The notes: generated from the letters alone by a model not told the origin. 47,891 nt of DNA from a virus (IMGVR_UViG_3300008255_000018:1-47891); one strand, 5' to 3'; shown: positions 26,998-36,849, numbered from the stretch's first letter. Numbers and translations are program-made.

Positions 26998-27064
26998 TCT
27001 TTACACCTTTGGGGTCTGGGGCTGCTGGCCAGAAAACAAACGTCTCTCGGACGATTCTGGACGG

Positions 27065-27901
27065 TCAGCCCTGGGTGGACTTGCGCCGCTGCGAGGCCCA
27101 GCGTTTCACGCTGGGCGATGCGGCGCGCATATGGGCGACGGAGCCGCGCTGGGCCTCGTCGAACTCGATGCCAGCGACTTGGCCAGGCCCAGCCTGGCGC
27201 TGCTGGCCCCCGGACTGGCCCTGGGTTGTGAGGCCCTGGGCGCCGAGGAGGTGAGGGTTATCCTTGAACCACTCGGTGATGAACGCGTCAACGCTCACAG
27301 GATTGCCCCGCTGGTCCAGCTTCTGGGCGCCTGTGGGGCCAGCCACGAACAGCTGGCCCTGCTCGTCATAGCGCAGGGCGTTGGTGGACTTGATCAGCTG
27401 GGCCGCCTGCTCGGGCTTCACAGCCCTGGCGCACAGGCGCTCCAGCTTGAGCTGGGTGGAGGCCTCGCGCTGCTGGGTGCGCAGCTGCTCCAGCTCCAGC
27501 TCGCGCTCGCGGATCACGGCGTCCTTCTTGGTCGTCGTCTCGTCCAGCACCTCCTGGAGGCGCCCTTGTTCGGCCAGGCGCTTGAGCCTGTCGGCCTCGG
27601 CGTCAGCCTCCAGCTTCTGCGCGGCGGTCAGCTTCTGCGCGGCGGTCTCCAGGTCGCTCACCCCCAGCTTGCTCAACACGGCCTTGCGCTCGCGCTCGGC
27701 GCGGTCGCCCAGCAGCCGGTTGACCTCGTCCTGGGTGAACAGCTTGGGCGCGTCGGGGCTGGGCTGCTGGGCAGCTCCACCCCCACCACCACCCTCGCTC
27801 TCGGCGCTGAACAGCATCACCCCCAGACCGAGCAGGAACACCACACCACGGGGCAGGTGGTGGGGCAGGGGGCGCGCGAGCTGGGCATTTTCATGGAACA
27901 T
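27065..27901 (-). CDS. Capsid scaffolding protein
   Basis: KLFTQDEVNRLL, coiled coil, WFKDNPHLL; GAGGTG RBS at MFHEN start. Confidence 0.8.
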   Translation of the reverse strand: MFHENAQLARPLPHHLPRGVVFLLGLGVMLFSAESEGGGGGGAAQQPSPDAPKLFTQDEVNRLLGDRAERERKAVLSKLGVSDLETAAQKLTAAQKLEADAEADRLKRLAEQGRLQEVLDETTTKKDAVIRERELELEQLRTQQREASTQLKLERLCARAVKPEQAAQLIKSTNALRYDEQGQLFVAGPTGAQKLDQRGNPVSVDAFITEWFKDNPHLLGAQGLTTQGQSGGQQRQAGPGQVAGIEFDEAQRGSVAHMRAASPSVKRWASQRRKSTQG

Positions 27902-27943
27902 TGAACACCTCATGGAACCACCGGCCTGCGGCGCGCTGGGCGC

Positions 27944-29539
27944 CTAAAAGTTGAGCTGGGCGGTGGGCGAGGCCGTGGCGCCCACCTGCTCAAAATCCGC
28001 CTGTGAGGGCTCCAGGTTTATGGGCTGGGCTGGGGTAGTGACCGGCTCAACAGCTCGCGCCTGGGGCTGCTCCGCGCGGCGTGCGCGGTGCGCCGCGATC
28101 ATATCACCGAGGGCGCCCGGGCTCATAGAACCAGCGAAGTAGCGCCGGATGATCTGAACCTCGTTCTCCACATCGGGCTCGCCCCCCAGCGCCAGGGATT
28201 GGAACGCCAGCCCATCCTCAAAGGTCCGAGCCGCCAGCACAGGATCAAAGTCTTGTGCATATTCAATCGATACTTCCTGGCCTGGGGGGGCGATGCCTTC
28301 CCAGGCCAGGGCCAGATCCGCCACCCGGCGCTCCAGGTCGCTCATGCGATTTGAAAACTCTTTGAACAGCGCGAACTTGTCGCTTGACTGGTAGGCGAGG
28401 CTAACACCAGAAGGGGGCACGAAGCCATCATCGACGCCGCGCCCGACGTTGCCCGACAACATGCGCATAAACCTAATGCACTTCTCGACTTCATCGGAGA
28501 TCGCGCCGATCTGCTCCACCCCAGGCGCGAGGTAGGTGGGCGCGAAGTCTTCTTTCCTCACCTTGAGAACTCCGGCGACGCTCCAGTTTGTGGCCGCGAG
28601 GGTATCAAAGGTGCTCTCTCCAACTGCCAAGATATTGAAGACGTGTTGATAAACCTCCTCGTCCACCAGGTTAATAAGGTTCATCAGCCTGCGGTTCATG
28701 GGCGCGAGGTCAGCAAGGGCGCTGTCGGCGAGGGGGTGGCGCCCCTGGCGCTCACCCCAAAAGACCAGCTCCACAGGCACCAGGCCCAGGGGGTTAGGCC
28801 TGGTGGTCAGGGCTTGCCACCCTGCGGCCTTCTTCGTCTCGGCGTCGGCGGCTTGAAAGGCCAGCTCGCGCACCTCCTCTCGCGTCCACAGAACATAGGT
28901 CCAGGCCGTGGAGGCTGGGGCGAGGGTGAGGGGGTCGCGGTCCTCCTCGGCCTCGGTGACGTACAGAATCCAGTCAAACTCGCCGCGCGCGTCACATTGC
29001 CAATCCAGGATGTGATCAGCCTGGATATGGACGAGGTAGGGCCGCAGCCCCAGCGCGATCTCGTCTGCGCGGCTGCTGGGGGTGGGCGCCCCCTCGGGCA
29101 GCTGGACGCGATCCACCAGGACCGCCGACAGGCCGAACACCTGGCACCAGCTCGCCACCCCCTTAAAGAACGTGTCTGCGTTGTTGCCCAGCCGGTCCAC
29201 GTCGTCCCATAAATCCTCTAGCACCTCCTGGGCCAGCAGCTCGTCACCAGCCTCGGCCTCGCGCGCGCTCTCACCCTCGGCGGGCTTGACCGACCTGGCG
29301 ACCGGGGAGCGATACAGCTGGGCGCTGTATGTGTTCACCTGGACCTTGCAGAGGTTCGGGTACACCGCTCGCTCCAGACGTCGGGAGAACGCGCTGGTTC
29401 GTTCCTTCGGGTGCGGGGTGAGGTAGCTTGCGCAGAACTCAGGACCGCCGAGGTACGCCGCGCGCACGAAGCGGTACTGCTCCCTGCGCGTTGAGTAGTG
29501 GGGGTGACAAACCGGGACCGAGAAGGTGGGGGCGCTCAT
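27944..29539 (-). CDS. Portal protein
   Basis: RRLERAVYPN, RPYLVHI...ILDW, NPLGLVP, SGVSL; follows TerL. Confidence 0.88.
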   Translation of the reverse strand: MSAPTFSVPVCHPHYSTRREQYRFVRAAYLGGPEFCASYLTPHPKERTSAFSRRLERAVYPNLCKVQVNTYSAQLYRSPVARSVKPAEGESAREAEAGDELLAQEVLEDLWDDVDRLGNNADTFFKGVASWCQVFGLSAVLVDRVQLPEGAPTPSSRADEIALGLRPYLVHIQADHILDWQCDARGEFDWILYVTEAEEDRDPLTLAPASTAWTYVLWTREEVRELAFQAADAETKKAAGWQALTTRPNPLGLVPVELVFWGERQGRHPLADSALADLAPMNRRLMNLINLVDEEVYQHVFNILAVGESTFDTLAATNWSVAGVLKVRKEDFAPTYLAPGVEQIGAISDEVEKCIRFMRMLSGNVGRGVDDGFVPPSGVSLAYQSSDKFALFKEFSNRMSDLERRVADLALAWEGIAPPGQEVSIEYAQDFDPVLAARTFEDGLAFQSLALGGEPDVENEVQIIRRYFAGSMSPGALGDMIAAHRARRAEQPQARAVEPVTTPAQPINLEPSQADFEQVGATASPTAQLNF

Positions 29540-29541
29540 GG

Positions 29542-31062
29542 TTACTCCAGGGCTGGGCCAATGCCGATATCTTCAACGCCGGGCGCCAGGCGCCCGAACC
29601 AGGTAATCAGTACCATCGAAAGGGTGTCCACACGGTCATCGTAGCGCCCGCGCGGGAAGGCGCACCACTCGTCTAAACAGTCACCGGCCCAGGTCCACCA
29701 GCGCTCGTCGGGCACCCAGACCTGGCCCGCATCGATGCACGGCGTACAGCTCACCAGGCGCGCGGTCTTTGAGCCCTTCGGCTCATAGGCGCGCACGTTG
29801 GGCACCGTGGCGCGCAGGACGTTGAGCAGCGCATGGCCGTTGGCCTTGCGCTCTATAAGCACGGTCGCGTTCTTGTACTGGGGGCTGCTGGCCAAGAACT
29901 CGCGGATCGCGCGCAGCGTCTCCACGAACGACAGGATCGCCACCACTTCCTCCACCAGATAGGCGTTCACCCCGAAGCGCGCCCACATTTGGAGGCTCAC
30001 CCGATCGCTCCCGTCCTCACCCTCAAAGGTCGCATCCACGGCCAGGATCAGCTGGGTTGCGAGGTGGAGCTGGGGCAGGACTCGCCAGCGGCGGAAGTCG
30101 GCGCGCTTGACCACCCCGCCATCTATCGCGCTGGGGCGCTGGCCGTGCTGGGCGACGTAGTTAAGGCGGCCCATCTCGCGCGCGCTTCGGGCCAGGGCCA
30201 TGGCGCTGAATCGCTCAGGGTGGAGCAGCTGCCCGCGCTCGGTGCGCCAGTCGGGGCGGTCGTAGGTGTGGACCCCCTGGGCGGCCAGCTCAGGGTCAAA
30301 CTCGCTGGGCAGGACGATGAACACCCACCCACCTTGCGCCACCAGGTCCGCGAAGATATCGGCCTCGTGGAGGCGCTGGCCGATCACCACCACAGGCGTC
30401 TCATCGTCGTCACCACGGCTCAGGAACTCGGTGTTGAACCAGTCTTTTGACCACTTGAGACGAGCCGATGAATAGACTTCCATCACGGTCATAAGATCGT
30501 CGTTCAGCAGCCTATCGCCACGGTGTCCGGTGGTTCGGCTGCCCTTTGATATGGCTCGGCGCGAGGCACCATTCACAAGCTCAAAGTATGCAGTCCCGTT
30601 AGCTGATCGCCTGAACGGGGTATCCCATCTCGCGGCGTACCAATCGGACTCCAGGATCTTTCGAGTCTTGAGCGCATCGCGCATGGCGAGGCCCGCGACA
30701 CCTGCCGAGCAGAGGAAGCGGGTGGCGAGGCCCTGTGACCATTCCCAGCAAGGCCAGAACACATTGACTAACAGTGACTTAGAGTAGCCTGGGGGCACGT
30801 TAATGGCGAGGCGCTTGATCTCGCCAGAGGTGACGCGCTCCAGGGCCTCGCAGATAAAATCAAGGTGGCGCCCCCAGCGCAGCTTTTTGGGCTCGACGTG
30901 GGGCCAGGCCGCGCGCACGAACTCGGCCAGGCCCATGGTGGGGCTGGGCACCCTGCGCGGCACCACCTGCCCGGTGGCCTTCGCGCGCGTCGAGCGCAGC
31001 AAGGGGTTGACCTGGGCGCTCTGCGCCAGGAGGTAGGAGCGCCCAGCGCGACGCTTCGCCAT
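29542..31062 (-). CDS. terL: Terminase large subunit
   Basis: RLAINVPPGYSKS (Walker A), TGHRGDRLLNDD (Walker B), QRLHEAD, LIERKANG, FPRGRYDDRVD. Confidence 0.95.
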   Translation of the reverse strand: MAKRRAGRSYLLAQSAQVNPLLRSTRAKATGQVVPRRVPSPTMGLAEFVRAAWPHVEPKKLRWGRHLDFICEALERVTSGEIKRLAINVPPGYSKSLLVNVFWPCWEWSQGLATRFLCSAGVAGLAMRDALKTRKILESDWYAARWDTPFRRSANGTAYFELVNGASRRAISKGSRTTGHRGDRLLNDDLMTVMEVYSSARLKWSKDWFNTEFLSRGDDDETPVVVIGQRLHEADIFADLVAQGGWVFIVLPSEFDPELAAQGVHTYDRPDWRTERGQLLHPERFSAMALARSAREMGRLNYVAQHGQRPSAIDGGVVKRADFRRWRVLPQLHLATQLILAVDATFEGEDGSDRVSLQMWARFGVNAYLVEEVVAILSFVETLRAIREFLASSPQYKNATVLIERKANGHALLNVLRATVPNVRAYEPKGSKTARLVSCTPCIDAGQVWVPDERWWTWAGDCLDEWCAFPRGRYDDRVDTLSMVLITWFGRLAPGVEDIGIGPALE

Positions 31063-31268
31063 CAGCTGCCCCGCAGGGTCTGGGGCTCACGGCGCGCCCA
31101 GCTCGCGCGCGCTCGGCACTCGGCACATAAGACCTGGGGCCTGGTGGAGGCGCTGGGCGCGCGCTCGCGTCCACAGCCTGGGCACAGGGGGCTGGGCTCC
31201 TGGGCGAGCTTGGCCACCAGGGCCGCGATCAGCACAATGTGGAGGGGCGAGGGCGAGGTGGGTTTCAT
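31062..31268 (-). CDS. Small zinc-ribbon protein
   Basis: CPGC...CAEC; coupled to neighbours on both sides. Confidence 0.55.
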   Translation of the reverse strand: MKPTSPSPLHIVLIAALVAKLAQEPSPLCPGCGRERAPSASTRPQVLCAECRARASWARREPQTLRGS

Positions 31269-31708
31269 GGGGTGCGCTTCCTGGACTTCGTACGGGGGTG
31301 GGGCTCGGTCGTGGTGGGGCGCTGCTCCAGCCACCCCAGCGCCGCATGGGCCAGGCCTGAACCGCCGTCGCTGGCCAGGGCCTCCACCACCAGCTGGGCG
31401 GCGATGCGCCCACCAGGCTCATACCGGCTGAACGAGTACCGGGGGGTGGCCGTCTTGGTCAGCACCTCGCTCTGATAGTCCAGGCTCTCCCCGGCCTGGG
31501 CCGCTTCGTAGAAGGGGGTGGGGTGAATGATCACGTTGTCGCCACGGTCCAGCGCGTCCTCCACCTCGGCCCACCACTCCGGCGAGCCCGTAAGGTGGAG
31601 GTGGCGCCATGCGGCGCAGGCCCCAGCGCGAAGGTAGGTCAGCAGCTCGTCGGCTGGGTCGTCGCTTATGTAGGGGTCCGAGATCGGGGGGTGATGATGT
31701 TCTGTCAT
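31265..31708 (-). CDS. Hypothetical protein
   Basis: ORF MTEHHHPP...; stop overlaps the next start. Confidence 0.6.
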   Translation of the reverse strand: MTEHHHPPISDPYISDDPADELLTYLRAGACAAWRHLHLTGSPEWWAEVEDALDRGDNVIIHPTPFYEAAQAGESLDYQSEVLTKTATPRYSFSRYEPGGRIAAQLVVEALASDGGSGLAHAALGWLEQRPTTTEPHPRTKSRKRTP

Positions 31709-31720
31709 GTCGTATGCTCG

Positions 31721-31820
31721 TTTTCCACAGGTTTTGCACAAGTGAGCGCGCCGCCCATCAGGAAGGCGGCGCGCGGCGGCGTCCGTTTTGGCCGTTCAGT
31801 GCTGTGGCATCTTTTCCACA
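31721..31820 (+). promoter_or_regulatory. Three DnaA-box-like 9-mers
   Basis: TTTTCCACA (31721), TTTTGCACA (31732), TTTTCCACA (31812) match TTWTNCACA. Confidence 0.4.
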
Positions 31821-33286
31821 GCCTTGGCCACCTCGATGCCCAGGCGCTGGGCGCTCGCGGTCATGGCGCTAACCATCTCGGCCTCGCCCGCGCAGCCGCT
31901 CGCGTCCATTTGAATGTGGACCCCAGCGCCGAGCTGCTGGGGGGACGAGCCATCCTGGAGGGCCATGGCATCGCGCTGGGCTCGCGCATCGTTCGCCTTG
32001 CGCGCGCCCAGCACACCGAGGACCACCGCGCCAGGGCTCGCGCCCAGGTGGGCCGGGAAGGTCGCGGGGGGTTGGCCCACCACACCGACGCGCGCGCACC
32101 AGGCGCCGGCGCGCTTGGGGCTCACCAGGAAGTATTCGCCCAGCAGCTCGCCCACCCCCAGGCCCACCAGGTACAGACCGCCCTGGGTGTGCTGGCCCAC
32201 GAGCCAGACCGCGAGGGCCGCCGTCTCGGGCGCGAAGGCGAGTTGGTAGGCCTCGCGGTGCATCGCGGCGCGCTCCTCTCGGATGGTCCGGCGCTCCGCC
32301 GCTGCGTCATCGCCCATGCGCTGGGCCAGCTCGCGCTCACCGGCTGCAGCCGCGCGGGTGGCCTCCAGCTCGCGCTCCAGGTGGAGCAGCTGGCCCACCT
32401 CCGGCGCATCCTGGATCGCGCGCGCCAGCTCGCGCTTGAGCTGGGTGGAGCGCGCCACCTCGGCGTTATAGGCGGCGGTGCGCGCGGCCAGCTCGTTGCG
32501 CACCTGGGCGGTCTCGGCCTGTGATGCCTCCAGCGCGCGAGACAAGGCCAGGCCCTGCCCTGCCACGTCCTTGCCGTACTGCTGGGCCTCGGCCAGCAGC
32601 GCCTCCAGCTCCACCCGGCAGCAAACTTCGCGCTCATAGCTGGCCCAGGCGCGCGCGCGCTCGGCCTCGGAGGTGGCCAGCTCCTGGGTGATGCGCTCCA
32701 CCGCCTCGGTCATGGGCAGGGCGCTGGGGTCCACCAGCTCCAGGGCAGCGCGAGGCACCCAGCCCTTACAGGTCGCCGCATCGATGCCCGCGAAGATCGG
32801 CAAGTAGAAGGTGACCGCGACCTCGTCGGCGCCGCCCTGGGTGCGCACCCCAGTGATCTGGCTTGAGACCTTGCCCAGCGCCCCAGCCGGGAGGTGACAC
32901 CAGGTCAGCGAGGTGGGCTGGGTGAGGCGCACATGGTCTCCCAAGCGCAGGCGCGCGAAGGTGGGGGGCTCCTCGGGGTTCGTCTCGGCGCTCAGGCCCT
33001 CGTCGCTCTCGGTCAGGGTGATGGTCAGGTGGTGGATGGGGGTGGGCAGCTGCTGGGCCACCTCCACCCTGGTGGCCGTGAAGTCCTCGCCGCTCGCCAT
33101 GTCCACGCCCATCACCTCTACCTCGCGGTTCAACCTGGCGATGATCTCGGCATCCTCACACAGGCCCATGGTGTAACCCTGCGCGGCCCAGGCCTGGGGG
33201 TCGTTATGCTCCTCGGTGGTGGAGCTGGGGCTGGGGCTGGGGCTGGGCTGCTCGGTCTCGGTCTCGGTCTTGTCCTGCTCGGTCAT
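31796..33286 (-). CDS. Hypothetical protein with an SH3-like segment and long coiled coil
   Basis: LRLGDHVRL...PAGALGKV...VAVTF, then a heptad-rich region; low-complexity TE/PS N-terminus. Confidence 0.7.
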   Translation of the reverse strand: MTEQDKTETETEQPSPSPSPSSTTEEHNDPQAWAAQGYTMGLCEDAEIIARLNREVEVMGVDMASGEDFTATRVEVAQQLPTPIHHLTITLTESDEGLSAETNPEEPPTFARLRLGDHVRLTQPTSLTWCHLPAGALGKVSSQITGVRTQGGADEVAVTFYLPIFAGIDAATCKGWVPRAALELVDPSALPMTEAVERITQELATSEAERARAWASYEREVCCRVELEALLAEAQQYGKDVAGQGLALSRALEASQAETAQVRNELAARTAAYNAEVARSTQLKRELARAIQDAPEVGQLLHLERELEATRAAAAGERELAQRMGDDAAAERRTIREERAAMHREAYQLAFAPETAALAVWLVGQHTQGGLYLVGLGVGELLGEYFLVSPKRAGAWCARVGVVGQPPATFPAHLGASPGAVVLGVLGARKANDARAQRDAMALQDGSSPQQLGAGVHIQMDASGCAGEAEMVSAMTASAQRLGIEVAKAVEKMPQH

Positions 33287-33325
33287 GCTCGGTCTCGTCT
33301 TGTGGGGTTGTGGTGAAGTGGGCAG

Positions 33326-34084
33326 TCAGGCCGCACTATCGTTGTCCGGCTCCGGTGGAGCTGGGGGGGTTTCTTCAAGCTCGCGCCTGGCCTGGTCCAG
33401 GAAGTCTCTCACGCCCTCGGCCTCGCTCAGGTTGGCCGCCGCGCTGTCCACCATGCCCCTGGTGGAGGTGAGCAGCGCGGCGAGGTCGCGCGGTCTCTTG
33501 GCCAGGGCCTCGCCGTCGAGGGCCTGAACAGCCGGGATCAGCTTTGAGAGCAGCGCGCTTCCTATTCGCAGCTCGGCTTCCCAGAGGCGGCGCAGCTCGG
33601 CCTCGTATCGCTCCAGGCGCGCCATGCGGGTGGTCACTTCGCGGTCCACCTGGCGCGCTCCTGTGAGCGCGGCGCTGGCCACCTTCTCGGCCTTGGCCAG
33701 GGTGCGCTTCACCTTCTCGTCTACCTTGTCCACCTTGGCCTGGAGCGCGGCGCCTCCATCCTCCTGGGGATCCGGCATGGGCGCGCGCTCGGCCCAGCTC
33801 CAGGCCTCGGCCCAGCGCTTGAGCTGGGTGGTGTACCCAGGGGTGCGCCCCAGCCACAGGCAGACGGTGCGCCAGCGCCGCGCGTCATGCGGCTGGGCCG
33901 ACCAGAACAAGAAGGCCTGATAGGCGTTGTCCGGCTCGCCCTTCACCCTGGGCAAGACGGTGGCCAGGGTCTCCAGCGCTTCGGGTAAGGGCTGCTCCTG
34001 GGTGGTGGGGTTGGTCAAGGGGGTGCCTTCTGGAGGGGTGTTTTTGGCGCTCCGTGACGTGTACAGGGCGCGCTCTCTCGCCAT
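33326..34084 (-). CDS. Terminase small subunit (putative)
   Basis: RVKGEPDNAYQAF...LKRWAEAWSWAERA HTH-type N-terminus plus helical oligomerisation region, upstream of TerL. Confidence 0.55.
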   Translation of the reverse strand: MARERALYTSRSAKNTPPEGTPLTNPTTQEQPLPEALETLATVLPRVKGEPDNAYQAFLFWSAQPHDARRWRTVCLWLGRTPGYTTQLKRWAEAWSWAERAPMPDPQEDGGAALQAKVDKVDEKVKRTLAKAEKVASAALTGARQVDREVTTRMARLERYEAELRRLWEAELRIGSALLSKLIPAVQALDGEALAKRPRDLAALLTSTRGMVDSAAANLSEAEGVRDFLDQARRELEETPPAPPEPDNDSAA

Positions 34085-34122
34085 TTAGGCCAGCCTGGAG
34101 GGGGTGAGGCAAGGGGGAAGTG

Positions 34123-34178
34123 GTGTCTAGGTGTACACGGCGCGCGGCGGTGTACACGTCCATGTGTACACCAGACAC
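34123..34178. repeat. Three GTGTACAC palindromes inside an imperfect inverted repeat
   Basis: GTGTACAC at 34131, 34150 and 34164; GTGTCTAGGTGTACAC ... GTGTACACCAGACAC. Confidence 0.75.
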
Positions 34179-34279
34179 AGGAGCGCCCTGGACCGGGTGG
34201 GGCCAGGGCGCTCAGGGGAAGGGGGGCCGCTCCCTGGTGAGGGGGCAGCTGGTGGGTGGAGGGTGGCGAGCTGGGGGTG

Positions 34280-35041
34280 TTAGAGCTCGTCGAGGGTCAC
34301 AGGCCCCAGGTCTCCCCATTCAAGCCCCTGTGTCTCGTCCTCGGCGCTCAGGTGGCGATCCATAGCGCGCTCCAGGAGCGAGGCCCTGGTAAGGTCGGGG
34401 CGCTGGGCGAGCTGCTGGGTGAGGGTGTCGGCGTCGGGGTGGCCTGGGCCGAAAAGGACGTGGACGCTGGAGGGCAGGGTGGAGGGGGTGGCCTGGGTGA
34501 GGGTGAGGGTGACACCTTGCTGGGCGCTCACCAGCTGGGCGAGGTCCACCGCGCGCTGGGGGTCAAACAGGGCCACCAGCTCCAGCGCGGCCTGGGGGTC
34601 TGGCCCCTTGATGATCAGCAGCGCCTCGGGGCGCTGGGGGTTGCGCATGAGGAAGGCGGCGCGGATGTTCGCGCGGTGGGCGCGCCCCAGACCATCGGGC
34701 ACCAGGGGGATGTTATAGACCGAGCTGGGCGCATCGATGCGCAGAGTGTTGGCCAGGCCCTTCGGGAGCTTGACCCCCAGCACCAGGCGCCAGACCTCGG
34801 CGCCGTCGCCCAGCTGCTCGGCATACGCGGCACAGGTGGAGTCATAGCAGCTGGGCGCGGCCTTGATACGGTCCCAGGGCACTTCCTGGGGCCTCGTGCT
34901 GCGGCGTGGGCCGTCTTTGGGCGGCGGGGTGTTCGTGCGCCTGTGCGCTCCGGCCCTCGCGGCCAGCGACGCGCGCCGACGCTTTGAGCGCTTAATGGGC
35001 TCCACAGCTGGGGGGGTGATGATCTCGTGGGGGCGGCTCAT
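34280..35041 (-). CDS. Hypothetical protein, basic N-terminus
   Basis: MSRPHE start with GAGGAG RBS and ATGA overlap. Confidence 0.65.
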   Translation of the reverse strand: MSRPHEIITPPAVEPIKRSKRRRASLAARAGAHRRTNTPPPKDGPRRSTRPQEVPWDRIKAAPSCYDSTCAAYAEQLGDGAEVWRLVLGVKLPKGLANTLRIDAPSSVYNIPLVPDGLGRAHRANIRAAFLMRNPQRPEALLIIKGPDPQAALELVALFDPQRAVDLAQLVSAQQGVTLTLTQATPSTLPSSVHVLFGPGHPDADTLTQQLAQRPDLTRASLLERAMDRHLSAEDETQGLEWGDLGPVTLDEL

Positions 35042-35553
35042 GGTGTCTCCTCGGTGGGGGTGGGGGGCCATTTGTAAATCTGCTCGTCCAGCTGGGCCAG
35101 GTCTAGGGGCAGGGCCAGCAGCTCGCCCAGGGCAAGCGCGAGGGTGGGCGCGGGCACGGTCCACAGGCCCAGCGCACCCTTGCAAGGCACAGGGTCAAGC
35201 AAGGGCACCACCGCGCTCAGGCCCCAGCACCAGGGGCCGAAGGCCCACGGGTCGCGTTTTTTATCCACATTGTTGGATATCGTATGAACGAAAGCGAGGC
35301 CGAGCAGGGCCGAGCGAGGCGCGCCCAGGGTGGGGGTGTGGAGCTGCTGGGCGCCCATCCATCTCTCGCCTTCCTTGTCCCAGGCCGCGCTGGCGTGAAG
35401 CCAGATCCAGCCCAGGGACGTGCCATGGTCAACCTTGCGGCTCCAGGTCCGGTTCTCGGTGCGTTTGGTGCCGTACAGGATCGCGTCCAGCCACGGCTGT
35501 TTAATGGTCAGCGCGCGGTATGCGCCAAAGGGCGAGGGTGAGGTGGGTGTCAT
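35038..35553 (-). CDS. ASCH-domain protein
   Basis: RALTIKQPWLDAILYGTKRTENRTW...IWLHAS...DPWAFGPWCW...PVPCKGALGLW. Confidence 0.9.
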   Translation of the reverse strand: MTPTSPSPFGAYRALTIKQPWLDAILYGTKRTENRTWSRKVDHGTSLGWIWLHASAAWDKEGERWMGAQQLHTPTLGAPRSALLGLAFVHTISNNVDKKRDPWAFGPWCWGLSAVVPLLDPVPCKGALGLWTVPAPTLALALGELLALPLDLAQLDEQIYKWPPTPTEETP

Positions 35554-35948
35554 TGCGCACCTCCCATCCGCTGCGCCTTATAGGCGGCCATCGGCGGGCC
35601 GTAGCCCTTGGCGATCTCCTCGCCCCGCGCCATCGCGCCCACTTCGTCCACAGCGCGAGCGCTCACCGTTGTGACCTTGTCCCGACGCTCATGCGTCTTG
35701 CACTCGCGACAGCCGCAGGTGGGCTCCTCATACTCGATCCACACGGTCCAAAGCTCACCCCTTGACCCCCCGTGTGGCGAGGGGTCAAGGGGTGAGCAGT
35801 CTGGGCATGTGGCGCACCAGACGCCCTCGCCAGTGATAGATGGGCGCCACCCCCTCGCCAGCAGCGCGCCCACATAGTCTTCAATAAGGGCTGGGGCGAG
35901 GCTCAGGGTCAGGGTGGCGCCGCAGGCCTGACAGTAAATCGCGATCAT
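35550..35948 (-). CDS. Cys-rich hypothetical protein (zinc-binding)
   Basis: CQAC, CATCPDC, CGCREC; coupled. Confidence 0.65.
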   Translation of the reverse strand: MIAIYCQACGATLTLSLAPALIEDYVGALLARGWRPSITGEGVWCATCPDCSPLDPSPHGGSRGELWTVWIEYEEPTCGCRECKTHERRDKVTTVSARAVDEVGAMARGEEIAKGYGPPMAAYKAQRMGGAQ

Positions 35949-36313
35949 GGGGTGGGCTCCTCGGTGGGTGGGGTCAGGGGGTCAAGGGGTGAGGTCATGT
36001 GGTCCAGCTGGGCGATCACGGCGCCCAGCGCCTCCAGGGGGCCAGCAGCTCGCGCGCTCACCTCCACATGCGGATCAAGCCACCCCTTCCATTCACCGCC
36101 GCCGATGGGGGCGAGGAAGATGCGCCTGGTGCCTGTGCGCTGGTGGAGGTCGTCGGGCGCATACACGAACAGGTGAGGCCCCAAGCTGATCGCGGGCATC
36201 CCGGCGCGCTCCAGATCCTTCTTGGCCTTGGTCCAGGCGCGCGCGCCCAGCTCGTCTCGTCCATCTAGTGTCATAGCTTTAATCCTTTTGCATATGTCTT
36301 TTAGTGTTACCAC
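35945..36313 (-). CDS. Hypothetical protein
   Basis: Coupled to the downstream gene; start uncertain (36274-36364). Confidence 0.55.
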   Translation of the reverse strand: MVTLKDICKRIKAMTLDGRDELGARAWTKAKKDLERAGMPAISLGPHLFVYAPDDLHQRTGTRRIFLAPIGGGEWKGWLDPHVEVSARAAGPLEALGAVIAQLDHMTSPLDPLTPPTEEPTP

Positions 36314-36849
36314 CAGCCCATCTCTCCATACTTCGCATCGTGTCTCATCATGTTGCGATGCCACTCGTTGCGCCTCTCAATTGCCCTCGCCAGCGCGTCC
36401 CTGAGCGCATCCCTGGGCAGGATGCGCTGGGCCTGGCCTGTGACCAGCCAAGTGGGTGGACAATTCGGCTCGGACCTGTGGACGCCCAGGTTGAACTCCC
36501 AGACGTCAAGGCCTGGGGGGTGAGCCTGGCCGCCGTAGAAGGGGTCCGAGGTGCGCCCATTGTACTGATAGCTGGCGAGGCTCCAGGGCAGCTTTGTGGC
36601 CCAGCCGAGCCAGGTGGCGCGCTCGTCGCGCCACTCGATGCGCAGGTGCCAGCCCTGGACTAAGGCCGCGCGGTCGGTGCGCGCGAGATGGTCTGGGGTC
36701 CAGTCCTGGACCACCTGGAGCTCGGCGCTGGGGATCAGCTGCTGGAGCTGGGCGCACCAGACCTCGCCCATGGCCTCGCGCGTCTGCGGGATGCTCCACA
36801 GGTCCAGCTGGGGCGCCGGCGCGCTCTCTCGCTTCTTGGGCCTGGTCAT
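36307..36849 (-). CDS. Hypothetical protein
   Basis: GGAGGTGAGG RBS; ATGA coupling. Confidence 0.65.
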   Translation of the reverse strand: MTRPKKRESAPAPQLDLWSIPQTREAMGEVWCAQLQQLIPSAELQVVQDWTPDHLARTDRAALVQGWHLRIEWRDERATWLGWATKLPWSLASYQYNGRTSDPFYGGQAHPPGLDVWEFNLGVHRSEPNCPPTWLVTGQAQRILPRDALRDALARAIERRNEWHRNMMRHDAKYGEMGWW

